Numbered from the stretch's first letter, positions 16,670 to 27,263 are shown. The stretch: DNA of 34,011 nt from a bacterium (GCA_046758365.1 JBHIAC010000020.1:1-34011); one strand, 5' to 3'. A program made the numbers and translations. Notes: a model not told the origin generated them from the sequence alone.

Positions 16670-17246
16670 AGAAACACAAAAGTTTATAAATAGCAAAAAA
16701 TATAAGATTTTGCTTTCTGAACAGCAAATAAAGAAAAAAGTAAAAGAACTGGGCAGGCAAATTTCTAATGATTATCGCGGTAAATGTCCAATTTTGATTG
16801 GTGTATTAAATGGAAGTTTTATTTTTTGTGCAGACCTTTTTCGGGAAATAGATATTGACTGTGAAGTAGATTTTATTAAAATTTCGAGTTATGGTGAAGC
16901 GATGGAAACATCAAGTGTGGTTAAATTGTTGAAAGATATTGATGCTCATTTAAAAGGTAGACATGTCTTGGTGGTTGAAGATATCGTGGATTCAGGTTAT
17001 TCAGTGCAATTTTTAAAGCATCGCATTAATAAAACCAATCCGAAATCTTTAAATTTTGTTTCTCTTTTAGTAAAAGAGGATGGAGCAAAAGTACCTTACG
17101 ATATTCAATATATTGGTTTTAAAATTCCAAACCGTTTTGTGGTAGGCTACGGTTTGGATTATGCACAAAAGTTTCGCAATTTACCTACTATTTATTTGAT
17201 GGATAACGTAGATGCAGAAAGGGAGGAAGCTAAAAATCTTAAGTAG
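16659..17246 (+). CDS. hpt: Hypoxanthine phosphoribosyltransferase
   Basis: GVLNGSFIF, VLVVEDIVDSG and FVVGYGLDY motifs; overlaps tilS. Confidence 0.96.
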   Translation: MYLEETQKFINSKKYKILLSEQQIKKKVKELGRQISNDYRGKCPILIGVLNGSFIFCADLFREIDIDCEVDFIKISSYGEAMETSSVVKLLKDIDAHLKGRHVLVVEDIVDSGYSVQFLKHRINKTNPKSLNFVSLLVKEDGAKVPYDIQYIGFKIPNRFVVGYGLDYAQKFRNLPTIYLMDNVDAEREEAKNLK

Positions 17247-17253
17247 TAAAAAA

Positions 17254-17287
17254 CGTTGGATACATCCCATAGGATATTTATCCAACG
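17254..17287 (+). other. Intergenic stem-loop between hpt and ftsH
   Basis: cgttggata / tatccaacg stem with inner atcc-cata-ggat; no U-tract on the + strand. Confidence 0.45.
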
Positions 17288-17384
17288 GGATAGAAATCCC
17301 ACGTCCTAAATGTTGAAATGATCCTGTTTTTGCACCAAGGTTATGGATTAATTTATTAACCATTTTACCAGGAAGCTATTTATT

Positions 17385-19367
17385 TTGAATAATAATTCAA
17401 AAAGAAAATCAATTAAGCCTTCTCGTAAGAAGGCTCCTCAAAAGAAAGACGAAAACTTTCAGTGGAAAAAAGCCTCTCGTACTTTAACCTTCTGGTTGAT
17501 TATAATCATTTTATCCATTTGGCTTTCTAAAATATGGCGCCCTGAAGAAAAGGGTGAGATAGAGATTCCTTATTCATTATTTATGGAGCATCTTGAAAAT
17601 AAACAGATAGGCAAAGCAAAAATTGAAGAAAAGGAATTTCATGGTGAATTAGCAGAAGGTATTGTTGGTAACTACAAGGAGAAACACTATCAGAGATTTA
17701 AAGTTACCCTTCCTGAGGAACCTACGCAAGAGACCGCTGAGAAATGGGATGACGAATATGGAGTCCAACTGGATTTTGAGGAAATTACCCATGAATGGTG
17801 GAATTATCTTTTGAATCTTTTACCTTGGATTCTCTTTGGGGTATTTTGGATTTTCATACTGCGAAGGATGCAAGGGGGTGGGGCTAAGGGTATTTTTTCT
17901 TTTGGAAAATCTCGAGCAAAATTGTTAACCGAAAATCGCCCAAGGGTTACCTTTGACGATGTGGCGGGGGCCGATGAGGCGAAGCAAGAGCTGAGAGAAA
18001 TCATTGAATTTTTAAAGGATCCCGATAGATTTCAAAAGCTTGGTGGGAAAATACCTAAAGGTGCTTTATTACTTGGACCCCCAGGAACCGGTAAAACACT
18101 TTTGGCCAAGGCTGTTGCAGGAGAGGCAGGTGTGCCATTTTTCAGCATGTCCGGTGCTGATTTTGTAGAAATGTTTGTTGGTGTGGGTGCTTCTCGTGTT
18201 AGAGATCTGTTTGAGCAGGGTAAGAAAAGTGCTCCATGTATTATTTTTATAGATGAAGTGGATGCTGTTGGACGACATCGGGGGGCTGGATTAGGCGGAG
18301 GACACGATGAACGAGAGCAAACCTTGAATCAGCTTCTGGTAGAGATGGATGGATTCGATGCCAACGAAGGTGTCATTTTAATTGCAGCAACCAACCGTCC
18401 CGATGTATTAGATCATGCACTCCTGCGTCCCGGTCGATTTGACCGGCAAATTGTGGTAGATCGACCCGACGTACGGGGTAGGGAAGGAATTTTAAAAGTC
18501 CACACAAAAAATATTCCGATCGCTGAAAAAGTAGATCTAAGTATATTAGCAAAAGGAACCCCGGGATTTTCCGGTGCGGATTTGGCAAATTTAGTAAATG
18601 AGGCCGCTCTTTTGGCAGCTCGCTTAAATAAAAAACTCGTTGAAATGAACGATTTTGAAGATGCTAAGGATAAAGTGATGATGGGTACAGAGAGAAAGAG
18701 TATGCTTATCAGTGAAGAAGAAAAAAGACTTACAGCCTATCATGAGGCCGGGCATGTACTGGTTGCGAAATATACGCCTCAATCCGATCCTGTGCACAAA
18801 GTTACCATTATTCCTAGAGGCCGAGCTTTAGGGGTGACAACCACCCTTCCAATGGATGAGAAACATAACTATTCGAAGACGTATTGTGAGTCTCAACTGT
18901 GCCATATGCTTGGTGGTCGGGCTGCAGAAGAACTGGTGATGAAGGAATTAACCACTGGGGCGGGAAACGATATCGAGCGGGCTACTGAGTTAGCAAGAAA
19001 AATGGTTTGTGAATGGGGAATGAGTGATAAGTTAGGCCCATTGACTTTTGGGAAAAAAGAAGAAGAAATATTTCTTGGTCGTGAGATTGCTAAACATCGC
19101 GATTATAGCGAAAAAACAGCTCAAATAATTGATGAAGAAGTGAAAAGAATTGTAACAGAAGCCGCACAGAAAGCTGAAAAAATTGTTGAAGAACATATTG
19201 ATGATCTTCACGCCCTCGCTAAAACCCTTCTAGAAAAAGAAATTTTAGATAGTGATGAAATCTCTAAAATATTGAATGGTGAATCCTTAGAATCATTAAA
19301 TACCAATGATAATTCAAAAAAGTCTCCTAAAATTAAGAAACCACAAATAGTTAAAGAAATAAATTAA
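17385..19367 (+). CDS. ftsH: ATP-dependent zinc metalloprotease FtsH
   Basis: Two TMs, Walker [32 protein letters not shown]. The TTG start is uncertain. Confidence 0.97.
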   Translation: MNNNSKRKSIKPSRKKAPQKKDENFQWKKASRTLTFWLIIIILSIWLSKIWRPEEKGEIEIPYSLFMEHLENKQIGKAKIEEKEFHGELAEGIVGNYKEKHYQRFKVTLPEEPTQETAEKWDDEYGVQLDFEEITHEWWNYLLNLLPWILFGVFWIFILRRMQGGGAKGIFSFGKSRAKLLTENRPRVTFDDVAGADEAKQELREIIEFLKDPDRFQKLGGKIPKGALLLGPPGTGKTLLAKAVAGEAGVPFFSMSGADFVEMFVGVGASRVRDLFEQGKKSAPCIIFIDEVDAVGRHRGAGLGGGHDEREQTLNQLLVEMDGFDANEGVILIAATNRPDVLDHALLRPGRFDRQIVVDRPDVRGREGILKVHTKNIPIAEKVDLSILAKGTPGFSGADLANLVNEAALLAARLNKKLVEMNDFEDAKDKVMMGTERKSMLISEEEKRLTAYHEAGHVLVAKYTPQSDPVHKVTIIPRGRALGVTTTLPMDEKHNYSKTYCESQLCHMLGGRAAEELVMKELTTGAGNDIERATELARKMVCEWGMSDKLGPLTFGKKEEEIFLGREIAKHRDYSEKTAQIIDEEVKRIVTEAAQKAEKIVEEHIDDLHALAKTLLEKEILDSDEISKILNGESLESLNTNDNSKKSPKIKKPQIVKEIN

Positions 19368-19395
19368 GAAAATGGCAACTATTGATATGTAAGAA

Positions 19396-20997
19396 ATGGA
19401 TTATGAAAATTTGAACCTGCCGGAAATTACGCCTGTTATTTTAGTCCTTTGGGGTATCTGCATTTTTATAGCAGGGTATTTTTATCGGCATACCCCTTTA
19501 AAAAACAGAATTAGATTCATCACTACATTTTCGGTGATTTCAACTCTGTTTTTTTTTATTTTACTTTATTTTTGGTACAAAGATCGCCCCCCATTTAATC
19601 CAATAAGATTAGCTATATACCCTTTTACTACGCAAGAAGATATATCTAAGCCAATCTCATGGGAAAGTTTAGCTTTTTCCGAAATTTCAATAAATTACAT
19701 AAATCAGGCTAATCCAGAAAAATTACTGCCCTACCAATTAGATTGGATTTTTACAGCAGCCAATATAGATTCTCTCGCTTTACCTTCTTATCTACTTGAT
19801 TTTTCAAAGCGAATTAAATTAGATTACGCTGTTTTGGGAAAAATTATTAAAAAAACACCTCAATTTTTGCTGGATTTCCAAATCTTTAAAATAGAAAATA
19901 ATGAAACAGTATTCAGTCAAAAGTTAACCGTTAAATCAGGGGAGTTTAATAATTTCAGTGGTTATCTCAGTGAAATCATTTTAGAAAAAGTTTTAGGGAC
20001 TAAAAATCATGTAGATGTTAAAAACAATTGGAAATCCAACGCTCAGCTCAAGAATTACTTTCTGGCCAAATTCATGCTTTTCAATGAAAACACTGAGCTG
20101 GCCTTTAAATTTGGAGAATTAGCTGTTAAAGAGGATAGTACTTCGGCAATTTGCTTGAATTTACTTGCCGAGCTATATATGAAAAGAGGGTATGAGGTAA
20201 AAAATAAAGGTGAAAGTCCTCTGAATGATTATAATAGAGCTAAAACCATTTTACAAAAAGCTCTTTTAGTAGAGAAAACACAAAGTACTTCTTTACGGCT
20301 TATGGCTGAACTTTATTTAATGAATAAAAAATGGAATCAAGCAGAAGACTATTTACGAGATGCTTTAATAGCAAATCCAATGGATCCGCGCATATATTTC
20401 GATTTTACTCAGCTATATCCATCCAGGTATGAAGATTTAGGTTTTAAAAATGAAAAAGACCTTTTGATTCGTGCTATATATATAAACCCATGTTTTTTTG
20501 AAGCTCGATTAACACTCGCTAATTATTACGATTTTAAGAATCGCCAAGATTTAGTTCTAAATGAAATTAATAAAGTTTTATTCATAAATCCAAAATCTCT
20601 GGATGGGCTTATGGCTTTAGGAAAGTTTTATATTACTCAAAATGACATGTTGAATATTTTGCAAACTTATGAAAAAATTATTAATTTGGAACCTGATCAT
20701 GAAGAAGCTTATTATAATTTAGGCATTGTATATTACCATGCAAAAGATTATGATACTGCCATTAAATATTTTAAGAAGGCCATTCAACTAGGAGACCATC
20801 TTGATTCTTATCTTTATCTTGCTTATATTTATGAAATAAAGGGAGAAATAGATAAAGCTATTGATTATCTAAGAATTCGCATTCGAAAGCGAACCAACGA
20901 AGAGGATAGATTTGCAGAAGAGGCTCGTAAACATCTTTTTCAAATCATGTCCCAACGCGGGGCCATTGATTCAATTATGTCAAAAATTTCTCATTAA
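19396..20997 (+). CDS. Membrane-anchored tetratricopeptide-repeat protein
   Basis: Two N-terminal hydrophobic segments, a TolB-N-like segment (LAIYPF...DYAVLGKI) and multiple TPRs (EAYYNLGIVYY..KDYDTAIKYFKKAI). Confidence 0.8.
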   Translation: MDYENLNLPEITPVILVLWGICIFIAGYFYRHTPLKNRIRFITTFSVISTLFFFILLYFWYKDRPPFNPIRLAIYPFTTQEDISKPISWESLAFSEISINYINQANPEKLLPYQLDWIFTAANIDSLALPSYLLDFSKRIKLDYAVLGKIIKKTPQFLLDFQIFKIENNETVFSQKLTVKSGEFNNFSGYLSEIILEKVLGTKNHVDVKNNWKSNAQLKNYFLAKFMLFNENTELAFKFGELAVKEDSTSAICLNLLAELYMKRGYEVKNKGESPLNDYNRAKTILQKALLVEKTQSTSLRLMAELYLMNKKWNQAEDYLRDALIANPMDPRIYFDFTQLYPSRYEDLGFKNEKDLLIRAIYINPCFFEARLTLANYYDFKNRQDLVLNEINKVLFINPKSLDGLMALGKFYITQNDMLNILQTYEKIINLEPDHEEAYYNLGIVYYHAKDYDTAIKYFKKAIQLGDHLDSYLYLAYIYEIKGEIDKAIDYLRIRIRKRTNEEDRFAEEARKHLFQIMSQRGAIDSIMSKISH

Positions 20998-21128
20998 TGT
21001 CTGGCCGAAGAGTTGCCCCGATTATCCTTATAAAATTAAATAATGTAAGTCAGGGCGTTTTAATTGATTGTTTTTGTGTAGAGCAAGGACACTCAACGGA
21101 GTGAGCGAAGTAGTTTTCGGTCTGACAT
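20997..21128 (+). other. IR-bounded structured element upstream of folP (cis-regulatory RNA or MITE)
   Basis: atgtctggccgaa (20997-21009) / ttcggtctgacat (21116-21128), 11/13. Inner stems gccccgatt/agtcagggc and cactc-aacg-gagtg. Confidence 0.5.
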
Positions 21129-21143
21129 CCATTAAATTATTAT

Positions 21144-21980
21144 ATGCACAAATTTCATTTAAATTGCCGAGGTAAAATTCTCGATCTCACGTCTCGCACC
21201 CACATCATGGGCATAATTAATTGCACCCCAGATTCGTTTTATTCCGCGAGTCGAAATTATGAATCTAAGAGTGCTATTGGGTTGGGTATACAAATGGTAC
21301 GGGAAGGCGCTGACATATTAGATATTGGCGGTGAATCTACCCGCCCTGGTTCAGAATCTGTATCTGCAGAGGAGGAGCTTAGAAGAATTACACCAGTTAT
21401 AGAAGGTCTTCTCGATGAAGTGGATGTGCCATTGTCTATTGATACTTACAAATCTATAGTTGCAGAACGGGCATTTGAGTTGGGTGTTCATATTTTAAAC
21501 GATATTAGCGCCTTAAACTTCGATCCAGAATTAGGCGGCCTTGCTGCAAGATTTGATGTGCCAGTGATTCTTATGCACATAAAAGGTAGACCCAAAGAAA
21601 TGCAAAAAAATCCTACATATTTTGATGTAATAAATGAGATTTATGAATACTTTGAGAATCGCATTCGTTACGCGTTAGACCAAGGAATAAAAAGAGAAAT
21701 GATTATTCTTGATCCGGGAATTGGATTTGGAAAAAGGGTTAAGGATAATTATGAAATTATTAAGCGATTGAAAGAATTTACTGCCTTAGGTTGCCCAATT
21801 CTCGTAGGCCCTTCTCGAAAGTCATTTATTGGTAAAGTTCTAAATTTGCCATCAGAAGAAACTCTCGAAGGTACTCTTGCCGCTGGTACAGCCGCAATTT
21901 TAAAGGGGGCCCATATTTTAAGAGTTCATGACGTGAAAGAAATGATAAGATCCGCTAAAATAGCTGATTGTTTAATATAA
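21144..21980 (+). CDS. folP: Dihydropteroate synthase
   Basis: MGIINCTPDSF, DIGGESTRPG, DPGIGFGK, SRKSFIG and RVHDV motifs. Confidence 0.96.
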   Translation: MHKFHLNCRGKILDLTSRTHIMGIINCTPDSFYSASRNYESKSAIGLGIQMVREGADILDIGGESTRPGSESVSAEEELRRITPVIEGLLDEVDVPLSIDTYKSIVAERAFELGVHILNDISALNFDPELGGLAARFDVPVILMHIKGRPKEMQKNPTYFDVINEIYEYFENRIRYALDQGIKREMIILDPGIGFGKRVKDNYEIIKRLKEFTALGCPILVGPSRKSFIGKVLNLPSEETLEGTLAAGTAAILKGAHILRVHDVKEMIRSAKIADCLI

Positions 21981-21990
21981 ATGAATAAAA

Positions 21991-22797
21991 ATGAATATCA
22001 AACTTGAACTTTTTCGAATTGGTTTTATTAAAGTTACTGTCTTTGACCTACTTGACATTATAGTTATATCCTTCATTCTTTACAAAATTTATTTCTTTAT
22101 TAGAGGATCGCGGGCAGCCCAAATGTTTGTGGGTTTGGTACTAATAATTATAGTTTCGCTACTTACTCGTCTGTTTAATATGAGTGGTATGACTTGGATA
22201 TTTGATAATCTTAAAACCGTATGGCTCATTGCTTTTGTAATTATCTTCCAACCAGAACTGCGAAGGATGTTAATTTTTTTAGGTCAGAGTAGAATAGTTC
22301 GATACTTTGTCAAAGTGTCCAGTGGTAAAGCATTTGAGGAGATTATCAAAGCAGTTATGGAGCTATCAAAACGAAGATACGGCGGATTGATTGTACTTAC
22401 GAGAGATATGGGAATTAAAACCATCACTGAAACGGGCATTCAAATCCAAGCGGAGGTTTCCGCTCCTTTGATTGTATCTGTATTTAATCCTCGCTCTCCT
22501 TTGCACGACGGGGCTATGGTAATTCAAAATGATATTATTGTAGCGGCTAAATGTATCCTGCCATTGAGCCAAAATCCGAATATTGATACACACTTGGGAA
22601 CGAGACATAGAGCTGCTTTAGGACTCGCGGAAGAATCTGATGCGGTCGTTTTGGTTGTTTCAGAGGAAACTGGAAAAGTTTCTATCGCCATCGACGGTAA
22701 TATTAAACAAGATTTGGATGTGGAGGTTTTACGGAGTGTCTTGTTGGATGCATTTAAATTCGCAGCCCAAACTGAATTAGCTGTAAACAGATATTAG
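21991..22797 (+). CDS. cdaA: Diadenylate cyclase CdaA/DacA
   Basis: Three N-terminal TMs, IFQPELRR, SPLHDGA, LGTRHRAA, VSEETG. Confidence 0.95.
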   Translation: MNIKLELFRIGFIKVTVFDLLDIIVISFILYKIYFFIRGSRAAQMFVGLVLIIIVSLLTRLFNMSGMTWIFDNLKTVWLIAFVIIFQPELRRMLIFLGQSRIVRYFVKVSSGKAFEEIIKAVMELSKRRYGGLIVLTRDMGIKTITETGIQIQAEVSAPLIVSVFNPRSPLHDGAMVIQNDIIVAAKCILPLSQNPNIDTHLGTRHRAALGLAEESDAVVLVVSEETGKVSIAIDGNIKQDLDVEVLRSVLLDAFKFAAQTELAVNRY

Positions 22798-23055
22798 AGG
22801 GCTTTTTTAATCTCTGAGTTTTACTTGATTTTTAAAAAATTTCCTTTAAATTTTAGTTATAAAAACATATCATGATACAATTTTATTACTTTTTTAAGGA
22901 GAGTGGATTGAAATAAGTGTAAACATCCTTTCTGTTGAAGATGCAACAGAATTGGAAGAAGTTTTTGATTTATTGCGTGATGCAAATCCTAATTTAGCCC
23001 AATAATCAATTTTTCATTTTTGGCTGAGAGGTTCAATTAAAAAAAGGAGGTTAAT

Positions 23056-25128
23056 ATGTATTCTAAAATTTGTAAAATGCTTGCGACGCTAATTATTTTA
23101 TTAGTGTTAATGCCTGCGTGTGCAAAAAAAAAGGAACATCGCCTGGTTGGTGAGCTTGAACGCTTGGGTCCCGATGGCCGGGACTATTTGATTTTAGGGG
23201 TTGATGCTCCCGGTTTTGAAGACCTTACGTTGGAGCAAAAGAAGCTGGCTTACTTTCTGTACCGAGCTGCGATTGCTGGAAATGATCTCATGTATTTACA
23301 AAATCACCGTTACGCCTTGGAGATCAAAAATATGTTAGAAACCATTTATCTGCATTCTGAGGGATTAGACGAAACATCAAAAAATGCTGTGCACGATTAC
23401 CTTAAATACCTCTGGATAAATCACGGCCAGTATCAGCATCGCACCCATGAAAAATTTGTACCAAATTTCTTAACTCCTGATATATTGATAAAGGCAGCCG
23501 AACATGCCGAGAACAACGGGGCTCAGTTTACGCTGAAGGAAGGGGAGACACTAAACGATAAACTCACCAGACTTCAACCGCATATATTTGATAAAAATTT
23601 TGAGCCTATTTCCGTCAATCAAGAAGAGGGTGTGGATATTATAGTAGAAAGTGCTGTCAATTTATACGATTCTGAAATGACTCAAGAAGAATTGGAACAG
23701 CTTCCCGATTATTGGAAAAACAAGTTAAATGTTCGTTTTGCAAAAGTTGGGCATAAAATTGAACCACAAGAATATAAAATTGATGGTCTCTATGATGGAT
23801 ATTTAAAAACTATTGTTTTTTGGTTAGAAAGAGCCTTACCACTGGCTGAAAGTGAAGAGCAAGCCAAGGGGTTGCGAGCACTAATTGATTACTACAAAAC
23901 AGGAGATGAAGCCCTCTTCCGTGAGTACAGCATTCACTGGTTGAAATCCAACACCACCATTGATTATCTCAATGGTTTTATCGAGCAGTATATGGATCCG
24001 CGTGGGGTCATTGGGCAATTTGAAGGCAACGTGAGCTATGTGGCAGACTCTAAACTAATTGATAAATTAGCTGGCAATGCACTTTATTTTGAAAAAAAGA
24101 TGCCCTGGTCTGATAAGTACAAAAGAAGCCAAATTGATAAACCTGTGGCTAATGTAGTAAATGTCATTGTAGAAACTGGTGATTCTGGCCCCGTTTCTCC
24201 AGCGGCTTACAATCTACCCAATTACGCGGACATTCGACGGGATTATGGCAGCAAAAATATAATATTACTAAACATTGAGAGTGCACGTTCTGATAAAATA
24301 CGGGATGCAATCGTTAATGAATTCTATCTGCCAGAATATCGAGAACTCTACAAAAAATACCAACCTGTGGCTCGGCAGTGGCTGGTTTACATGCATGAAG
24401 TTATTGGTCATGGCTCCGGCCAGCCAGAACCGAATCTCAAAGCCGATCCCCGCTCTTTAATTGGCCGGGCATATAATGCTCTCGAGGAATGCCGCGCAGA
24501 TAACGTGGCTCTCTACCACATTTTTGATGATAAACTTACAGAAATTGGAGCTTTTAGCCAAGAGGAACAAGGGGATGTTATCTTGGTCTCGTATGTATAT
24601 TACCTGCAAGCAAACATGAACAGCTATCGCACATTAGAAAGTGATGTGGTACGAGAAGCACACGACCGAGGACAGCAGTTAGTTTTGTCTTTTCTTTTAG
24701 AAGGTGGGGAAACCGGCGATAAAGACTACGGCGTAGAAGTGGTTCAAAAAGACGAAAATTATTATGTAAAAGTAAACGATGTAAACAAGGCCCGAGAAGG
24801 TATTGCAGCCATTTTAAATAAGTTACAAACTTTGAAGTCTACGGGTAATTCTGAAGGTGCAACAGAATTTTTTGACCGATTTGGCACTCGTGTGAATCCG
24901 GAATGGCGGGAAAATATCAAAAAACGCGCTGAAAAAATCGTTGTACCCAATCATTCTGCCTTTGTGTTTCCACAACTCATTCCATTGGCTGGTGAGGCTG
25001 GAGAATTAGCAGATGTAAAAATCGCCTTCGACGAAGATTTAACCGCCCAGCAGTTGCGGTTTTCAAGACTTCAATTTAATACAGATGTCTTTATCCAAGA
25101 GGAAGAAGAAAAGATGGGAACTAACTAA
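23056..25128 (+). CDS. Peptidase M49 (dipeptidyl-peptidase III-like), predicted lipoprotein
   Basis: SD AGGAGG; lipobox-like LMPAC; GFIEQYMDPRG, NLPN, HEVIGHGSG, LEECRAD and EAH motifs. Confidence 0.9.
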   Translation: MYSKICKMLATLIILLVLMPACAKKKEHRLVGELERLGPDGRDYLILGVDAPGFEDLTLEQKKLAYFLYRAAIAGNDLMYLQNHRYALEIKNMLETIYLHSEGLDETSKNAVHDYLKYLWINHGQYQHRTHEKFVPNFLTPDILIKAAEHAENNGAQFTLKEGETLNDKLTRLQPHIFDKNFEPISVNQEEGVDIIVESAVNLYDSEMTQEELEQLPDYWKNKLNVRFAKVGHKIEPQEYKIDGLYDGYLKTIVFWLERALPLAESEEQAKGLRALIDYYKTGDEALFREYSIHWLKSNTTIDYLNGFIEQYMDPRGVIGQFEGNVSYVADSKLIDKLAGNALYFEKKMPWSDKYKRSQIDKPVANVVNVIVETGDSGPVSPAAYNLPNYADIRRDYGSKNIILLNIESARSDKIRDAIVNEFYLPEYRELYKKYQPVARQWLVYMHEVIGHGSGQPEPNLKADPRSLIGRAYNALEECRADNVALYHIFDDKLTEIGAFSQEEQGDVILVSYVYYLQANMNSYRTLESDVVREAHDRGQQLVLSFLLEGGETGDKDYGVEVVQKDENYYVKVNDVNKAREGIAAILNKLQTLKSTGNSEGATEFFDRFGTRVNPEWRENIKKRAEKIVVPNHSAFVFPQLIPLAGEAGELADVKIAFDEDLTAQQLRFSRLQFNTDVFIQEEEEKMGTN

Positions 25129-25154
25129 ACTAAGTTTTGTTTCAATTGCTAAAG

Positions 25155-25195
25155 AAAGCCCACGTTGAAAGAATTTGCGTGGGCTTTTCATTTTT
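25155..25195 (+). terminator. Intrinsic terminator
   Basis: aaagcccacg (25155-25164) / cgtgggcttt (25178-25187), followed by tcattttt. Confidence 0.8.
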
Positions 25196-25219
25196 GGTAG
25201 GTGTTTTGTAAATTACAGA

Positions 25220-25248
25220 TTGACTTTCAATTTTTTAATAGTTAATTT
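25220..25248 (+). promoter_or_regulatory. Sigma70-type promoter of the TA operon
   Basis: TTGACT (25220-25225), 17-nt spacer, TAATTT (25243-25248). Confidence 0.55.
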
Positions 25249-25275
25249 TGACTAAAACCAATAGGAATCAATAAG

Positions 25276-25524
25276 ATGAAAAAAAATGATTATCTTAAAC
25301 TCATAACCATAAACTCCAATATCTTTGCAGGCAAACCGATTATTCGAGGACTACGTATTTCTGTAGAGATGATTTTAGATCTTTTGAGCCAAGGAGTTAC
25401 CAACGAAGAGATCCTGGAAGATTATCCCGACTTGGAGTTAGAGGATATATATGCCTGTTTGGCTTATGCCAAGACTGTAATTGCCAACGAAGATATTGAA
25501 GTAGTAGAGATTGAGAGTGATTAG
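25276..25524 (+). CDS. DUF433 domain putative antitoxin
   Basis: GKPIIRGLRISVEMILDLLSQG...EEILEDYPDLELEDIYACLAYA. Confidence 0.92.
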   Translation: MKKNDYLKLITINSNIFAGKPIIRGLRISVEMILDLLSQGVTNEEILEDYPDLELEDIYACLAYAKTVIANEDIEVVEIESD

Positions 25525-25877
25525 TGAAATTTCTAATAGATGTTTGTGCTGGCCAACATCTTGGATTTTGGTTAGAATCGGAAGGTCATGATGGAGCTTT
25601 TGTTCGGGACAGAGACCCGCGAATGGGAGATGATGAAATTCTAGAATGGGGACATCAAGAGCGACGGATTATTGTGACTACGGACAAGGACTTTGGGCAT
25701 TTGATTTTTCATGAAGGAAAGCCGCATTCCGGAGTTGTACGATTACCAAATGTTCCTCGAATAAAACGAATAGCACTAATGAAACGTGTTTTGCAATTTC
25801 ATCACCATGAGTTAGACAGTAGAGCCATAATTACAGTAAGTGTAACAAGAATTCGAGTTAGACGTGGAGTGGAGTGA
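25524..25877 (+). CDS. DUF5615 PIN-like putative toxin (VapC45-like)
   Basis: MKFLID...GHD...DDEIL...RIIVTTDKDFG...HSGV; 1-nt overlap with the DUF433 gene. Confidence 0.9.
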   Translation: MKFLIDVCAGQHLGFWLESEGHDGAFVRDRDPRMGDDEILEWGHQERRIIVTTDKDFGHLIFHEGKPHSGVVRLPNVPRIKRIALMKRVLQFHHHELDSRAIITVSVTRIRVRRGVE

Positions 25878-26239
25878 TAGTGGCAAATAAAAGTGTATTG
25901 ATAAAATCTGTGAGATTTCTTATTCTACAATAAAGAATTATTAGAATATTTTATAAATATATTGACCTTTTCGTAACAATTCACTAATTTTTCAGTAAAA
26001 TGTGTAGTCTGAGGGGAACGAATCTATGAACATTTGGCAATTCGTTTAAAAATTACAAATATATTGTGACGAAGAGATTCCACACCTCGATATAGCCTGA
26101 TACCAGAGATTTTATTATGCAACTTTCCTCACGGGCATCATTCGAGTAAACAACTTGTTACACAAAATATCAAGCGCTCAGAACTGCCTATAAAATTACA
26201 TTACCCTGAATTGAGCGATTTTATATCGGGGGAAGGGGC

Positions 26240-26293
26240 GGTGTTCGAGCTTCAGCTTGCATTGGAGGGAGATCACGCTAAAGCGTGAACACC
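26240..26293. repeat. REP/REPIN-like inverted doublet of short palindromes
   Basis: ggtgttcgagcttcagcttg (26240-26259) / cacgctaaagcgtgaacacc (26274-26293), 16/20 inverted. Each arm contains its own hairpin (cgagct-tc-agcttg; cacgct-aa-agcgtg). Confidence 0.65.
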
Positions 26294-26435
26294 CAACACG
26301 GATCTTGCTGAAACTCGTTTAAGAAACAATTTAAGGTAAAATTGCTCAACTTAGGACTATATAAAAGCCAAATTATTACCCAAAGTCTAAGAACCCAAAT
26401 TAAAATCAATAAATGTTATTTTGAGGGTTTTCATT

Positions 26436-27263
26436 ATGAAAATAAAGTTTGTCCTATTTTTCGGGTTTTTCTTAGCGTTGAATTTGATAAATTTTGAGCT
26501 AAACATTTCAAAATCCCTTTTATTTGAAATACGAAGCAATCTTTACGCTCAAAAGCCGAGGTATCCGTATAAAAAATATGAGAGTAGAAAGGAAGGAATC
26601 GTCAAAAAAAAGCAACTTGTGGCTGGAGAGAAATTGGTTTTAATCTCTGCTGCAATTGATAACTTTGAATCCAGACCCAAAAAGGATGCTGCTGTATATA
26701 ATCTCGGTTTTTATTTAAAAGAATCTGCCCGTGTTAAAATAGAGGTACGTGAGTTTGAAAATTATTATAAAATGCAACCATTGCGGATCGTTTATCCCCC
26801 GGGCCCTAATAGTTTTTCATGGCCTTCTACAATTCCACGATATTATGAAATTGCGCTGGAAGATTTATTTGCTTTGGCTAAAATTCGAGGTTCGGGTAGT
26901 AATTTAATTTTACCCATTGTGTTATATTATGAAAAGCCTCAGAATCCAGATATGAGTTACAGCTTCTGCTTTATACCATATAAAACAATCAACTTGCTCG
27001 AATATAAAATATATAATTTGCTGTCAAAACAACTTATTTTTACTAAAACGCTTAAAGATTTACCAAGGGAGAAAATAATTTGTGTTCGATGGAATGGCAA
27101 AGATAAGAACAATACTCTGGTGGGTAGTGGTTTATTAAATCTAAATATTAAAGCGACATTTAAAGCTCCACCAGGTTCTGTAATACATAAAACAGTAACT
27201 TTAAATTATCAATTTTATCATTTTGCTAATCTAATAAAACATGAACTGCTTACTCGTAAATAA
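26436..27263 (+). CDS. Exported hypothetical protein with a degenerate FlgD-Ig-like C-terminal domain
   Basis: GAGG SD before ATG 26436; hydrophobic N-terminus; WNGKDKNNTLVGSG resembles the FlgD WDG.D..G..V.SG motif. Confidence 0.6.
   Translation: MKIKFVLFFGFFLALNLINFELNISKSLLFEIRSNLYAQKPRYPYKKYESRKEGIVKKKQLVAGEKLVLISAAIDNFESRPKKDAAVYNLGFYLKESARVKIEVREFENYYKMQPLRIVYPPGPNSFSWPSTIPRYYEIALEDLFALAKIRGSGSNLILPIVLYYEKPQNPDMSYSFCFIPYKTINLLEYKIYNLLSKQLIFTKTLKDLPREKIICVRWNGKDKNNTLVGSGLLNLNIKATFKAPPGSVIHKTVTLNYQFYHFANLIKHELLTRK

Noticed and set aside
22898..23005. Open stretch GEWIEISVNILSVEDATELEEVFDLLRDANPNLAQ
   Set aside because: It looks protein-like but has no good start and no recognisable family; possibly a remnant, not supportable.
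25990..26235. Possible gene remnant or second degenerate palindrome in the spacer after the TA pair
   Set aside because: Frames are short and interrupted and the pairing is weak; nothing can be assigned.
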